Assembly: GCA_012026655.1 (NCBI GenBank)
Contig: JAAILG010000015.1
Coordinates: 62,001-126,000 of the forward strand
Origin: Hydrolagus affinis
Lineage: Eukaryota
Direction of reading: 5' to 3'
DNA length: 64,000 bases
This document shows, piece by piece, positions 1 through 13,068 of the stretch. The notes beneath the pieces are model-generated. The model was not told the DNA's origin. It was given only the letters and a program-made list of their open reading frames with translations, and did not search any database. Each line of letters opens with the position of its first letter. The first letter of the stretch is position 1. A program made the translations under genes and the position numbers.

Positions 1-108
1 AACTCTGCAGTTCATGTCCCCTCTTGCATTAAGCTCCAAGACCACATCACTCCCACCCTCGCCTGGCTCGCAGAGGATTTAATTCAAGATCCTCGTCCTC
101 ACTTTTTG
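1..108 (+). mobile_element. L2 LINE ORF2 C-terminal fragment (truncated by window edge)
   Basis: GACCACATCACTCCCACCCTC...TTCAAGATCCTCGTCCTCACTTTT encodes DHITPTL...FKILVLTF, typical of the L2 ORF2 C-terminal region. Confidence 0.65.
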
Positions 109-2169
109 ATTTTTCAAAGTTTTTCAACATTGTGATGCTTCAAAGTTTTTTTTTCACATGTAAAAGTTTACTTGGAGTGAGCTTCAGCAGAATGAAGCTA
201 TAATTATGCTGCAGTAAAATTGAATCGATTTGATTTCAACAGCACTTTATAATCTAAATTACTTCCATGAATGTGAATGATACTATACATTAAAATGAAT
301 TTGATGTGAAAACTACACTATATCAACAAAAGCTTCAGAGTATAAAATGATATCAATAAATCTCAAAGTTTCAATATTGTGCATGTTCTGATGGGCAGAT
401 TCTTCTGTACACTTTATTTGAGAGTAAAGGGTAATATGAAGACTGCTGTGTTGTACCTGATTTCATTGCTGTCCTTGGGCTCTCGGGCCTCCATATAAAA
501 GCTGAGCAGAAGCTGAAATCTGAATTGAACCGTTAACTGACCTACTCCATCTTATCTACAAAATATACAGTTATGCACTGTACAAAATATCCTGTGAATC
601 GCTTTGAGAAGTACTCTTGAAGTGAAAGTGTTAACTCAATTGAAACAATTATTATTACTCTACCCCCTACCAATTTGGATTGGGTACAGATTTAAAGTTG
701 AACACAATTCTGGCATATTTAGATATTTGTGCAGATGCAAAAATGCTTTACAAATGTACAAGATGAACTCCAGGCTATATGCAGCTGTATGCAACTTTTT
801 ATATCTTTAATCCTACTGCTTGAACCATGGATTCATCAGTAAAATTAGTTAGCTGGATATGGCCACTGAACGTTTAACAAAGGTCAGTGTCTTAGGAGAA
901 TGGGAAACTTTGTGTACAAATGCATCTGCAAGGCTGTGAGGTGATGTTTCTGTTATTCTGCCAGATGGACCGGAGAGATGAAATGGAAAGAGAGGAAAAA
1001 TTAATAATAATAATCCTTGCACTTGGCAAGATGTCCCAGAGAGCTTCACTGGACATACAGTTCTGTAAAGTGCAATGACTGTGTTTGTTTGTGTGTGGGC
1101 GAATAAGACCATAATGGCCATAATACACTCTCAGCACACCCACGCTTATGATTTTTAAAATAAAACCAGTGTCGAGACACTCTTTTAAAATGCTATTGTT
1201 GACTTTCCATCATATTTGATCTCTGGTTTGTGCCTATTTTATGCTGAGTTCATCTCTGCGGTGGTGGTGATGGTGGACGGGGGAGTTGTTTCATATGTAT
1301 CACTAGAAAGAGGAACGAACATGAGCCAGGATTTCTACTCCTGGTCATTATTCTTTTACCCCTGCTTGTAAATGATACATGTGTGGATGGATCTGGGGAG
1401 AGGAATGGATTAAAGTTGTTTGCGAGGACTCTTTGCAACCATCCACACTCCCATCCCATGCCTCCACCCCTTCTCACCCCCTCCAACCTCACACCCCCAT
1501 CAATGAATATCAATCCCATCAACAACCATTCTCTGGGGATTGCCTATGGACGATTGCCATTCAGATACAGAGGCAGATGGCCGGTAAAAGGCTGTGCGTG
1601 GGCCCATAAACCAGCAAAAGTTACTACCATGTGGAGAAGAGAAGAAAAATATTGAAATGTAGAGATTAGCATCTTAAAGGTTAGGGATAGAAAGATCAGC
1701 TGTGCTCTTTCACATTAAATATTTGGTTCAGTGAGTTAGAGGAGGCTTTGATTATTCAACCAGCCGTTTTTAAGATCATTAGACCTGTGTTGCTATGGAG
1801 ATTGGAAATCCGGATCAGAATATTTTAACCCATGGCTTGCGCCCCATTTCCAAATCGAAGGGTTAAATCTTCGACTGGCGCGCTTAGGAAATCAAAATAG
1901 TCTGAACAGCTTGATGCAGATCTCTTCACGGGTTTTAATCAATGAACATACCATCACAGGTGTCAGGCACATAATTTAATACCGCATGAATTGACTCCGC
2001 ATAAACCTTGGGCAAATCACACTCAAATCCTATCATCCACACTGAACATCATCTCTGTAGGGCTAAAAATATAAAACAAGCTATAAGTGACTGTGGTAGA
2101 TCATTTGACTACAAATACACAGTTGCTCTGCTTGACAGCAATTTACTAATGAAGTGTTTTGAAACGTTT

Positions 2170-2298
2170 GCAAGCACATGGGAAAGATATGGGGAAAGAG
2201 CAGGGGAGTGGGACTGATTGGGTAGCTCTTCCAAAGAGCTGGCGGAGGCAAGATGGACCAAATGGCTTCCTTCTGTGCTGTAATCTACGATTTTGTGA
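2170..2298 (+). mobile_element. CR1 LINE 3' end
   Basis: GGGGAAAGAGCAGGGGAGTGGGACTGATTGG...GATGGACCAAATGGCTTCCTTCTGTGCTGTAA resembles the chondrichthyan CR1 3'UTR/terminal stem-loop. Confidence 0.75.
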
Positions 2299-2544
2299 AA
2301 CATAAAGATTTTATATCAAATGAAAGAATCATCGATAGTTGGTGGTAGTATTTAGGAACAAGTCATTTGTTTAAAATTCATTGGTAGCATTAAGGAGAAA
2401 TTCCATTATCCATCCACATTTAGAATTTCTTACTCCCAGCGTGGTAAAGTCTACTCCCGTTGTACAAGTCCGCTTGTAATCTCTGAATGTCACGAGGGCA
2501 GGATGATCAAAAATGTGAGCAAGTTCCTCTTTCTCTTCTCACTA

Positions 2545-2670
2545 TTTGGCCAGGTTCCAGGTTTGATTTCTAGAATTAACTGATGGCAACTGGGAGATCA
2601 TTCGATCAATACAACTGTCCTGAGCACCATTGGATTGAAGAGAGGAACAAAATCAATTGGAGTTTGTCAT
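2545..2670 (+). mobile_element. Ancient SINE fragment (AmnSINE2/LmeSINE-like)
   Basis: Degenerate B-box (CCAGGTTTGATT) followed by TACAACTGTCCTGAGCACC...GAGAGGAACAAAATCA, resembling the recalled family core. Confidence 0.4.
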
Positions 2671-5600
2671 TTGCGTGCAGAATTGCAGGAAGCCAAATTC
2701 CAGATTAAGACTGAAATTCTGAATTTTCCACAGTTTCTAAGGCTAAGCGGAATTGCAGGCCTTGAAAGAGGAAATGAGGTTAGAATCAGCTTTTCAGCCA
2801 TTACTTTTTCTTCAGAGAGAAGCTGTGGGAGAAAAGTGAGCCGGGCTATGGAGCAGAACAGAAGGTACTTAGAGGATAGAAAAGAGAGTAGGATGCAAAT
2901 GAAGCAATGAGTGAAATGGATTGAATAATGAAATACTTAAGGGGATAAAAAGACTGAGGAGGTAACAATGAGTATAAAGCAGATGGAGGAGGTGGCAATG
3001 AGTATAAAGGGAGAAGAGATTACATACAGTGGGGAAATGAACAATTATAGGAATCACGAGTCATAACCTTGCTATCCTACAATGGTTCTTTTCCAGAATT
3101 ATGTGAAGAACAAATGCTCACGTTTAATGTTTTACCTTAACCGAAGTGAAGGTACAGACATTTCCATTTACCACGTAGATGACATGGAATGAGCAGTTCA
3201 GTTCCATGGCAACTCGATATATTAGGATGTACGTGGAAGCAGAATCAGAATATCCCACAGATGGTTGTATTTATTTACCACATGGTTGTCAGTTAGACAT
3301 TACTTCCAAGTTCATTGATGTACTGAAATCTCCCATCTCAAACCTCAGTTATTTTGCTAATTACGATGTCATTCTTTTTTCAGAGAACAAAAACTCACCA
3401 TGGCTTTCTGAATGAGAACATTCATTGACATCAGGCCGGCTCAGTTGATAGCAAGCTGGTTCAAGTATCAAACATTAAAAATAACTTAATAATGTCAGGA
3501 CTTTGAACTCACATAGTTTAAAGTGACACACCAATGCAGTGCCGGGGGGGGGGCGGAATCAGTTTCTTTTAATCTGAATGCTTTAACTTCCTACTGTTTG
3601 AAGTCACAATCGGGAGGGAAATCTTTCAGCATGACATTATTGTACACTCAATCCTTCCCTCCCCTTATTCACAGCACATCTCAAAACTTAGCTCTTTGGA
3701 TGTGATGTCCCATTTCCCTTCCCCACCCACCTCAACCCCAGCTCTGGTGCGTACCTCGCCCAGTTGTCAAATGCTTTGAGACGTCCTCTGAATACGAAAG
3801 GTGCTGTATAAATGTTTGCGTATTGTACTGTTGACTTTTCTTTTGATATCCAATGGAACTCCCATTACCATGTGTATCAGGTTAGGCACACACCCTGTTC
3901 CTCAAAGGCAGACTGGCTCTGTGGCTGGTGGGAAAGAGCGTGATGGATCTCTTTGTGGTAAAATCCAGACACTCATGATGTTGGATGATGCTGTAGCACA
4001 TATTTAATGAAGGACAACATAAAGCACACTTAGAAATATTCAGTCTGTGCATTAATTCATCCACTGAATGTGCTGAGTATTTGGCTTACCAAATATGCTT
4101 CGAATTTGAGTAAGACGAATTGACAAAGTAATCTCTGCAATTAATTGGTTTTGAATGTATTACTGGCTGTAAAATATATTTATATATATTTTAATCCTTC
4201 TGAATATCTATTAATTTAACCTCTGCAAATCATTTCATGCAATGATTTTAAATGAACCTTTTTTTTCCAAGTGAGGCAGGTTTCTCTTTGAATCTAATGC
4301 ATCCGAATGCCCTAGACCAACTTAATTAAATGCGTTGTCTCAATTTGACAATATTGTGAGACTTTAATTTGTTTATCAACATCATAGATTACAATCGTGT
4401 AGTCAGCAAGACCATAACTCTATCTTCACTTGCATTGAGCAATTAAACATTTTAATAAAATACAGTTCAACAAAAAAAATTACAAAAGGTTTTATTAAAG
4501 GAGGAAAATGGAGTGAAATTCTAAGTGAGTTTAAATTTACTATATTTATGAAGCATTTTACAGGGACCAGAATTTTACAGATTGTTGCTTTCAGGCTTAA
4601 CTTTGAAGATGTTTTGCTGCAGCTTCTAAAAAAAACTTTAGGAAGCAAAGACATCAAAATCAAGGCTTAGCCCACAACAAATAGATTCATTGAAAGCATT
4701 AAATTAAAAGAACATCATAGTTACTGTATCATGAATTATTAATGATCCTTGATTTTATACCTTGGAGTTCTTATGTGCCAGGCCATATATTAGCACTAAC
4801 CTATAGTTTAAGGCACAATCTACAAGACATCATAAGAATATAGTCCAGAAAAGCAATTGTAACAGAATTTTGATGCAGCCAGCTGTTCTCTTATCAGACT
4901 CCTCACTGACATCTGGTTGCTAAGGTGTGTTGAGGCGAACTCTGTTGGTTCTGTCAGAAAAGCTGATTGCAAAATGCAGTTTTGTGAGTTTGAGTGATTA
5001 ATGAAATAGCTTTCAATTGAGCATAACATTCCTTCAATGTGATCAATGAGGTGGACGTAAAGCTGTGTGCAGATTCATCCAGGTTGTCTGATCTGATGAG
5101 GGGGTTTGGTCAGCCCATGAAATCATTGATTGCGGGGACGTGCAAGGTCTTTGAAGCAAAAGAAAAGCAAATGTGCCGCAGTCTCTAAACTCCCTGGAGC
5201 GCTCACCTTTCACAAACTGAGCATTTGTCAATAGTAAATTCAGATCTCATGTCAACTCAAAATTTTTCTCTCAGAGCTATGGTGGAAAAACCCTTCCATA
5301 ACAAAAAAAATTTGCTTACAAATTTCTATACATTATTGAAAATATATGTATGTACCTTATTTATTTTTGTTAAATAAATTACTGTTCTTGCAGCCCAACT
5401 GGGGTTCCTGTTTTACCTTGGAGATAGGCCCGATAATGTTGTCTGAGAATTGTTTGTCCACATTGTTTTTCTTTCCTCTTACTATCAACATCTTTATTAA
5501 AACTATACAAGATAGCCTCAGTAGTAAAGACTGCAGGCATATTACTGCATGTCTTACCTCCATTGTATATTAAAATTAATACGTTCCTATGAATATTTAA

Positions 5601-5744
5601 ACAATGTACTGTACAATGGATTTAGTCTTATTGTTTCTTGAGGTCAGCATATGCATCTCTCAGCACTGCATGTCCCTGCTAAAGCAGGCTACAAGGGTTT
5701 AATCCTAAAAGAGTTTGATTTTTGTTGAGTCCTATGGCATGCTG

Positions 5745-5985
5745 GTTGGATCATTCACCTAGCAAGCAAGTGGACCTGAGTTTGATTACCAGGCAGGGTG
5801 AAATGTTAGTTTTCTTAGTCAGCATGCCTATTTAAAGGTAAGTAGGAGCCAAATTGTTAGATTGGCAGATCGCCTTTCTGAGAGTAATAATCTGTTCAAA
5901 AATAAATTGATTAATGATTTTTAAAAAATAAAAATAACTTGGACACTCAATCTATGACTGTTTGTGGGACACTGTCATTGATTGT
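5745..5985 (+). mobile_element. Degenerate tRNA-derived SINE (long variant)
   Basis: GACCTGAGTTTGATTACCAGGCAGGGTGAAA...CTATGACTGTTTGTGGGACACTG aligns by eye to the copy at 20743-21091. Confidence 0.65.
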
Positions 5986-6212
5986 GAACAGGGACCTTTT
6001 TTATTCCCCAATGGAAAAGTATGTCAGGATAAACACAGACAAATCAATGTTAAAACCATGCAAAGCAAATGCCGCTTATAGATTTATTGATTTCAGTCGG
6101 CTACAAAACAAATCAAAGATGCTTTGCTGTTATTCAAAACCATGACTGTTATTCAAAGAGATGCCTTGTGATTCATTACAATGTCAAAGGAGCATTTCAG
6201 TGTAAAGATAAT

Positions 6213-6341
6213 TAAAATACTGCAGATGAGGGAAGTCTGAAGCAAAAACAGAAATCGCTGGGAACATTCAGCAGGCCAGCCATCATCTATGGAGAAAGGA
6301 AAGAGTGTAAAAGTTTCGGGTCCATGACCCTTCGTCAGAAC
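6213..6341 (-). mobile_element. Penelope-like element terminal-repeat fragment containing a hammerhead ribozyme-like core
   Basis: Minus strand reads TTCTGACGAAGGGTCATGGACCCGAAAC...TTTCTCCATAGATGATGGCTGGCCTGCTGAATGTTCCCAGCGATTTCTGTTTTTG, matching a common shark PLE terminus; CUGANGA-stem II-GAAA is present. Confidence 0.65.
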
Positions 6342-6897
6342 TATTACTGACAGAACCATTTGTTAGCATTTAGCCTAATGTATACTCTTACAGTAACTGT
6401 CAAGTCTAAACCTCTCCAAATGGTAACCACAACTGTGCGACGCAAATGGTTAGAATGAATTTGCAATGAAACTAAAAAGGTTTCAAAAAGGAAAATGTTC
6501 CCTTGAACAAAATGTTCAAGTCGCTGTCCCATAAAGTGAACTGAGGAAACGAATTTGCATTAGAACTCTTCATCATTCCAAACTAATTACAGTAATAGCT
6601 TCATTAACAAGAGTAGTGCTGAACACAAAATACATTATCGCTGATTATGGCTCTGTACATCACAAAGAAATTCAGTGGCAATGAAAATATTAATTGAATA
6701 CATCAGATCGTACATTGAGTGCTATAACAATACACTGTAGTTGAAGATGGGTGGAACTAAGACAAAGGCTTTCTAACACTGGCCCTTGTAGGCATTGAAT
6801 TTGGGCTGAATTTGTATTCTACTTCGAAAGATCATGCTTTCTTCATAACATATGCTTCGCCAGTGGTACATACGTTATGGATTTCTGAGTAAAAACA

Positions 6898-6933
6898 ATT
6901 GCGTCTTAACCTTTGGGCTAAGATCAAGTGGAG
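6898..6933 (+). pseudogene. U2 snRNA 5' fragment (nt 1-36)
   Basis: ATTGCGTCTTAACCTTTGGGCTAAGATCAAGTGGAG vs U2 ATCGCTTCTCGGCCTTTTGGCTAAGATCAAGTGTAG: 29/36 gapless, several differences at CpG sites. Confidence 0.7.
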
Positions 6934-7433
6934 ATTTCCCGTGGTTTCATAGAAGTTCCAACAAGTGTGGTTCAGCCAGCATTAAATAACTCTGTAATGT
7001 CACTCTTTGTAGTGGAAATCTGCAGGCCTTACGTCTTTGATTTGTTACTGAATGAACCCATTAATAATTGAACGGAGATCACAGCTATGGTGAGAGCACA
7101 GCTATGGTGGTCTGTCTTTCCCCCCTTTCTTTGGCAAGTTTCCTTGTAAGTTGCGTCCCCTGTTTTGCTGAGCCGTTGTGACCTTCGTTGAATTTAATGT
7201 GACTCGCTTGTAAAGTTAGAATTATCCCCACATTAAGCAACAAATTGTCTTCAATCTTGCCAAGGTTGTAAACCTCACCCAAAGTGCTTCATGAGGGAAA
7301 CTGCTAGGGGTTGTTCGTTTTCATTTGATTAAAGTGTAAATCTCATTTCATTCGGTTTTTACAAAGAACTGTACAGTAATTGTAATAAAGTTGATCATTG
7401 CAGTGATTTACCTATTGATCTTTCCTTCCACAG

Positions 7434-7574
7434 TTATCCTTGTGCCTTCCTCATCGCACATTGCAGGATTCTGCATTCATGAAATTGACTTGAAATTGTC
7501 AAGCCTCTGGGAAAGCATTGTGGAGGCTTCCTGCAGAGAGTGTACACTGAATCAAAGGGCCATCGTTTTTTACA
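7434..7574 (+). CDS. Candidate exon of unknown transcript (unverified)
   Basis: Acceptor GATCTTTCCTTCCACAG, donor ACA|GTAAGT, one open frame (phase 1-1); no recognisable homology. Confidence 0.15.
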
Positions 7575-8327
7575 GTAAGTACACATCACAGTGAAGAATC
7601 GTATCCATTTCCTTGGTTATGAAAACGAGATTCAAATTTTCTTTCTGTATTTCTCTGTCAGAAAATGCAGTGATTTCTTTTTCGGGATTTACGTAATCAG
7701 GTTACCAACATGTGTATTTGTTTGCTAAATACCGAGGCAAAGAGCTCAAGATTTACTCTGAATGTGGCTTTGCCTCAGTGAGCATGAACAAATGTGTGCT
7801 TCTCTTAGCTGCACAGAAACTCAACTATGAATGTTAAAAGGTTGGCAAGAAATCCTGCCACACATTTTAAAGCGACAGTGTTTGGGTTGTTGCGGAGTTG
7901 CCGTGGGTGTACTTTTGAAGGGGCAAAAACCCAAGGAGCGCACAAAAATAATTCACCCTTAAATATAACATCTACACCTCCCCATTTTGACTGATTCCAT
8001 ATGTATAAAGTTAGCACTAATTTGTTATGTCTCGGTAATTGGCAGTTTGACCTCACTGGATAAGCTTCCAGTCATTGCAATTTCATTGTTACTCGTTCAG
8101 CCTGGACACCTCATCCTTCAAATACACAGAGCACAGACAAGGCTGTGGAAAAGAAACAGAACCGAATGCAATTTTCACCGTGAGCTTCACAATGTATGTT
8201 TAGCAACATAGTGGGCATGCTGGCTGGCGTGCTTTCAAGGCTGCAATCATCAACTGGGAGTTCAGATTGTGTTTGAAATTGCTTCACTGCTGTGAACTTT
8301 GAGATTGTTGAACTTGATTGAGATTAC

Positions 8328-8432
8328 TACTAATAATAATAGTAATTCTTGCTTTTGACATAGTGCTTTTTATGTCTTCTAGATGTCTCAAAGCACTTCA
8401 CAGAATATACTGTAAAGTGATTTGACCTTGTA
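8328..8432 (-). mobile_element. tRNA-SINE 3' tail fragment
   Basis: Reverse complement of CACTTTACAGTATATTCTGTGAAGTGCTTTGAGACATCTAGAAGAC...(ATT)n. Confidence 0.8.
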
Positions 8433-9164
8433 TAGGATTACTCCGAGTTACTAACTTTTCATCATGTACATTATCAACTGCTATACATTATCCGACTGAT
8501 CAGCATATTTTGTGAGCAGCAACCACTTATAAGTTTGCTGAGTGATCGACCAGAGGTGTAAATAGACTTTCACACAATAATGCACTTTTACAAATGTGTT
8601 TTGTACCCTCGTTATCCTCTGGTTGCTAAATAGTTTAAGTGCTCTGAATTGCTGTTCGGAGTGGAGGGCGCTATATAAATACAAGTTGCTGTTGATGTAA
8701 ACTAATTGGGTCAGAGTTTGTATATCCATGTTGCAAGCTCCAGTATTTAAGAGGTCATATTTATTATAGTTCATAAGTTGCATTTATTTCTATATTACTA
8801 TCTGTGTTTTGTTTATAACTTGCATTTGTCAATATGGCTGCAAGATAATTTTTTTTAAAAAAATCTCTATTATTGAACTGTGACCTTTTCCATACACTGA
8901 TTGCTACCTCCGGCATGAAAAATCCTTTGCATCTGCATTGGGCAAGGATTGCCGTAAGGCTCGATTCTCATTTTGCCACTGAGTGAGTCATATTCTGATC
9001 TGGATCAAATTGCAAGCAGTTACTTTGCAGAGAGCATTTCATGTAAATAAACCCGCTTCCAGCCTAGCACACTCCAGACTGACATGAAAATTGCACGGTG
9101 GTTATATAGTCAATTGAAATGCTTAAGAGGGAGTTAGCCAGCTGGACACATGTGTATATATCGG

Positions 9165-9240
9165 CTTACTTTCTTCATTACCTACTTTACTTACTAACTT
9201 ACTTACTCACTGACTGACTTACTAACTTCCTTACTTAGGA
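9165..9240. repeat. Degenerate (CTTA)n/(CTGA)n microsatellite
   Basis: CTTACTTACTAACTTACTTACTCACTGACTGACTTACT. Confidence 0.75.
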
Positions 9241-10297
9241 AGTTAGGGTATTAAGTGACATGTCAAAACGCAACATAAGCTGAAAATATGGCAAGAAAGA
9301 CTCAGTGGCTGAATGGCCATTTTGCCATTCTTATTGTGAAAGTTCCTTTACATATTTCAGTGCATTTCAGTACAATATCAATCCAGCTCTAAAATCACAG
9401 TTTTATTCATTGTGTTTCTTTCTGCTACTTTCTTGGCCTCTGTCTCAGAGCAAGAATAAGCAAGGTTTGAGTGCGAGACCTATTTTTTTTTGACATCTGG
9501 AAGCCAGGGACTGAACTGATACATTCCATTAAAATGTGAGCATTTTTTTTGAGACCTGACTTGGGTTCATTCGGTCTGTCACATTTTGAGGTTGATGAAA
9601 GAGTACCATCACTAAATAAATGTTAACTGAAGGGTTTGGAGGAAAGTAATCTGTATCTATCTACAGTATATCTGTACTTACCGATTAATTCACTACCTTT
9701 GCTCTAGGACACAGCCCTGCATGAGGTGCGCTATATAAATGCAATTTGTTGTTAATACAGGGAACATCTGTACGATAATTTCCCACAAGAGCTAGAGTAC
9801 ATAATGTTGTAAATTCTGCACGGCTGTGGAAGGTCTAATAAACGGAATGGCCTTTTCTCATCCCACACATTCTTGCCATCTTCTTCCTTTAGATGTGGTG
9901 TTCTCTTTGAACACATTAATGAGCCTCCTTATCTCAGCTCGTGAGACTCATGCCAACGAATGTAACCTGCTGCTTGTAAGCACTGCAGTTCAGAGAACTA
10001 TATAAAGGATTACAGCCAGGTACTGAAGCAATGCTAGGTCTATAATTCCTAAACCCTGGGGCTTAGTACTGATTTCCTTAATCTTCTAAAAGTTAAAGGA
10101 ACTTCTGCTGTATGAAAACTATATGGGCCGACAAAAGTGACACGTGAACTGCCAATTATTACACGGAATGTCCCATTTTACATCTTTATAATTCCTACAT
10201 TTTTGTGCGATGTGAATCTATCCCTGCAGCTGATATCTTTAAATCTGTTATAGATTTTTCGCACACAAAATATTGTATACAGTCAATTCATTTTACA

Positions 10298-10540
10298 GTT
10301 CCTGTTCGAGTGGATGTTAAAGGTCCCATGGCACTATACAAAAAGAGAGGTGAGTTTCTCCTAGTGTCTTCAACAATAATTCCCCAAATAAAATTGGTTA
10401 TTCACTTCCCAGCCGTTGGTGGAACATTGTTGTACACAGGTTGGACGCCACACTCACCTATAAAATACAATCAATGTCCTTTACAGTGTAACCTGTGAAG
10501 CGCTTCGTGACATCCTCCAAACATAAAAGGCACAATATCT
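10298..10540 (+). mobile_element. Old Deu-domain SINE, 3' half
   Basis: GTGGATGTTAAAGGTCCCATGGCACTAT...GTTGGTGGAACATTGTTGTACAC...GTGAAGCGCTT. Confidence 0.65.
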
Positions 10541-11207
10541 AATCTGTTATCCATAGATTATGAAATGCAACTCAAGTTTAACATAACAAATTGATTTGAA
10601 ATTGAAGACTCAGGATTAAGCCACTTAATAAGTTTCATATTTCTGAAACCTAACGGAGGACTATTGAGTGAGTTGTCATGGTAAAAATATCTGCGGGATG
10701 TTTTTCTTCAGAAATAATGGTCACTACAGTGTTGCAAAGGCTTGGTTATTACGCATGCAATGATAATTCAATTAATTAGTTGTCATTTAGGGCCAGCAGT
10801 GAGTTGTCATTTGCAAGCGTACAAATTATCCCCAATTATGGATCTTGTCAGAGTGAACTATAAAAGTGTCTCTGTAACACATCACTCAAGTTTTCAACTG
10901 ATATGAATAGGTCCGCAGCCAGATATTAATTTTCTGCTGATGCACAACTTATTTTCCAGCTTAGTTTTAGCAGAACCGATTTCACATTAAAACAATTACA
11001 GATCCAAAGAAATTCTGTACATGATAAAGTAATATTTCAAAAAGCAATTGCGGCATTGCTTATTCATTCGCAAGTTGCAAACTGATTGAATTACCCTCCG
11101 ATTCGGTTAATGTTGCTGTGGGGATAAATTCCTGCAGTGGATGGGGTTGGGGAATGAGGGAAACAAAAACAATTCTAAAACAATCTTAGTTCAAATTTTG
11201 CTGAGAC

Positions 11208-11420
11208 AATTCAGGCTCAAAATTGTGCCTAGGTCTAAAAATTGTGCAACATTCTGAAAAATTTAAATATTAATTATCATTTGGAAGCTGGTTCTTTTTT
11301 TAAAAAAAATGCAAAAAAATTCCTTACGAAGTGAACAGTGAATTTGAAGAATTGTCCACAATTCTGCTGATCTTCCATTTTAAGGCAAAATAATCTTAAA
11401 AGGCAGGAATTTGGGACCTT
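11208..11420. mobile_element. Degenerate palindromic MITE-like element
   Basis: Imperfect terminal inverted repeats (AGTTCAAATTTTGCT / GGCAGGAATTTGGGACCT) plus inner pair AATTGTGCAACATTCT / AGAATTGTCCACAATT. Confidence 0.4.
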
Positions 11421-12693
11421 TGTAACCGACTGGCAATCACGTGATCTTGAAACCAATTTGTATTCATCATTACATAGAAAAAAATGAATAACTAGTTTGT
11501 GAGAGATAACAACACATTAGAATTTATTAACTGATAATAACATAAATATCCGGGCCATCACTTTACTGAACTGAGTATACTGTTGTATATGATACTCCCA
11601 ATGTTTCAGCCAACAATCCCTATAGTAGCTGATCAACCTGCATGGTTGTTTGTGGTGTCTTGTTGGAGTAAACCGCTTTTGTGTTTTCCTACAATAACTG
11701 TCATTATAATTGACAGTAACTACCTGCGTAAGTGCTTTGAGGCATTTCAGTGTGATGAGGTTTTATGAAAATGTAAATTTTTCTTTGTTTAATAAAAGTA
11801 ACTATTCGAGCTAATCTAAGATGAAATGCACACCATTAATCATTTGACACCTCAGGCTTATGTTTTTTTTACAATGACCCGGTTCAGAAGCCAAAACTAT
11901 GGGTTTTTCAAAATTTGTTAATGGGTATTTCAAGCTCCTTTTTGACAAGGTAAAAATGGTCTCCGTTGATATTGGAATGAAATCTCTTGAGGAATATGCA
12001 GAAGCATGTTGGAGAAACAGCCCATGGTTGATACCATCTGTCACGTGTGACAGCTTTAATGCTTGTGACCTGATGTTTTATTGTCCTTATGTCTGCTTAT
12101 CGGAGAAAATAAACATGGGAGGGTGAAGGTTTTAATCAACAACATGTATCAACTCTCTCGCATTATATTACATTTTTGGCTGGTCATGAATCCAAATTGG
12201 ATTGAAATGCATAGGCTGGTGCGAGATCAATATGGGACACAATGATATACCCATATCCAGTGTGTGAATAGTTTATTGGAGCACTGGTCTTGATATCTCA
12301 ATCCCGTTTACTTCTCTTCTTTACCCCTTTGCGTGTGTATTTATGAAGATGACGTATGACCTGCAATACTTGCCCTCTCACCTCAGTATTCCCCAGATCC
12401 TCCACTTGACACGAGACGCTAGGAAAATAACATGAGCAACAGCAGTGTTGCAACAATAAACTTGTTGCTGAGATCTGATATTTCCTATTGCCCCAAGTGA
12501 ATGGTCAGAGTGGTGTGTCGAGAGAGGTAGGGATTAATTTTGAACCTTATGCACAAAATTTGCTTTTGATACAAACTTTTACTTTAAAATTTTTTATAAG
12601 AATTTACTGTACATTTTTAAATCTTTAATTTGCACATAACATATTTGGGTGCGCTAAAGATGCAGTGCAGATTCCTATAGTCATGTTCAGAAC

Positions 12694-13068
12694 ACAACAA
12701 CAACAAGATTGCACTTATATAGCGCCTTTCACGTCGGGAGGACGTCCCAAAGCGCTGAACAGTCAGGTCGGGACCCGAGCGGTGGGGGGTGGGGGGAAGG
12801 GTCGGGGTAGGGGGAAGGGGAAGGAGAGTGGGAGAGGAGGAAGAGTTAGTGGGGTGGCCGAAGGCGCGGTCGAAGAGGAAGGTTTTGAGACCGGCCTTGA
12901 AGGAGGGAGGAAAGGAAGGAAGCAAGGCAGAGGGGCTTCGGGATGGAGTTCCACAGTGTGGGAGCAGAGAAGCTGAAGGCCCGACCACCAATGGTTGGGC
13001 GGTTAGGGCGGTGGACGCGGAGCAGGCTTGAGTCTGCTGAACGGAGAGGACGGGCGGGCTGATACGGA
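12694..13068 (-). mobile_element. L2 LINE 3' end, relatively young (CpG-rich)
   Basis: Minus strand encodes ...GRAFSFSAPTLWNSIP.../SFKAGLKTFLFDRAFGH, then a C-rich 3'UTR and tail ACGTGAAAGGCGCTATATAAGTGCAATC(TTG)n. Confidence 0.9.

Noticed and set aside
3399-3407. Possible 9-nt minus-strand microexon (CAG|AAAGCCATG|GTGAGT)
   Set aside because: Weak pyrimidine tract, no nearby UGC motif and no host gene identified; plausible by chance.
5093-5135. CUGAUGA...GAAA hammerhead-like motif on the plus strand
   Set aside because: Stem II does not close next to GAAA and stem I cannot form.
12617-13031. Overlapping Pro/Gly-rich ORFs
   Set aside because: Alternative frames of the L2 3' end and its G/C-rich UTR.
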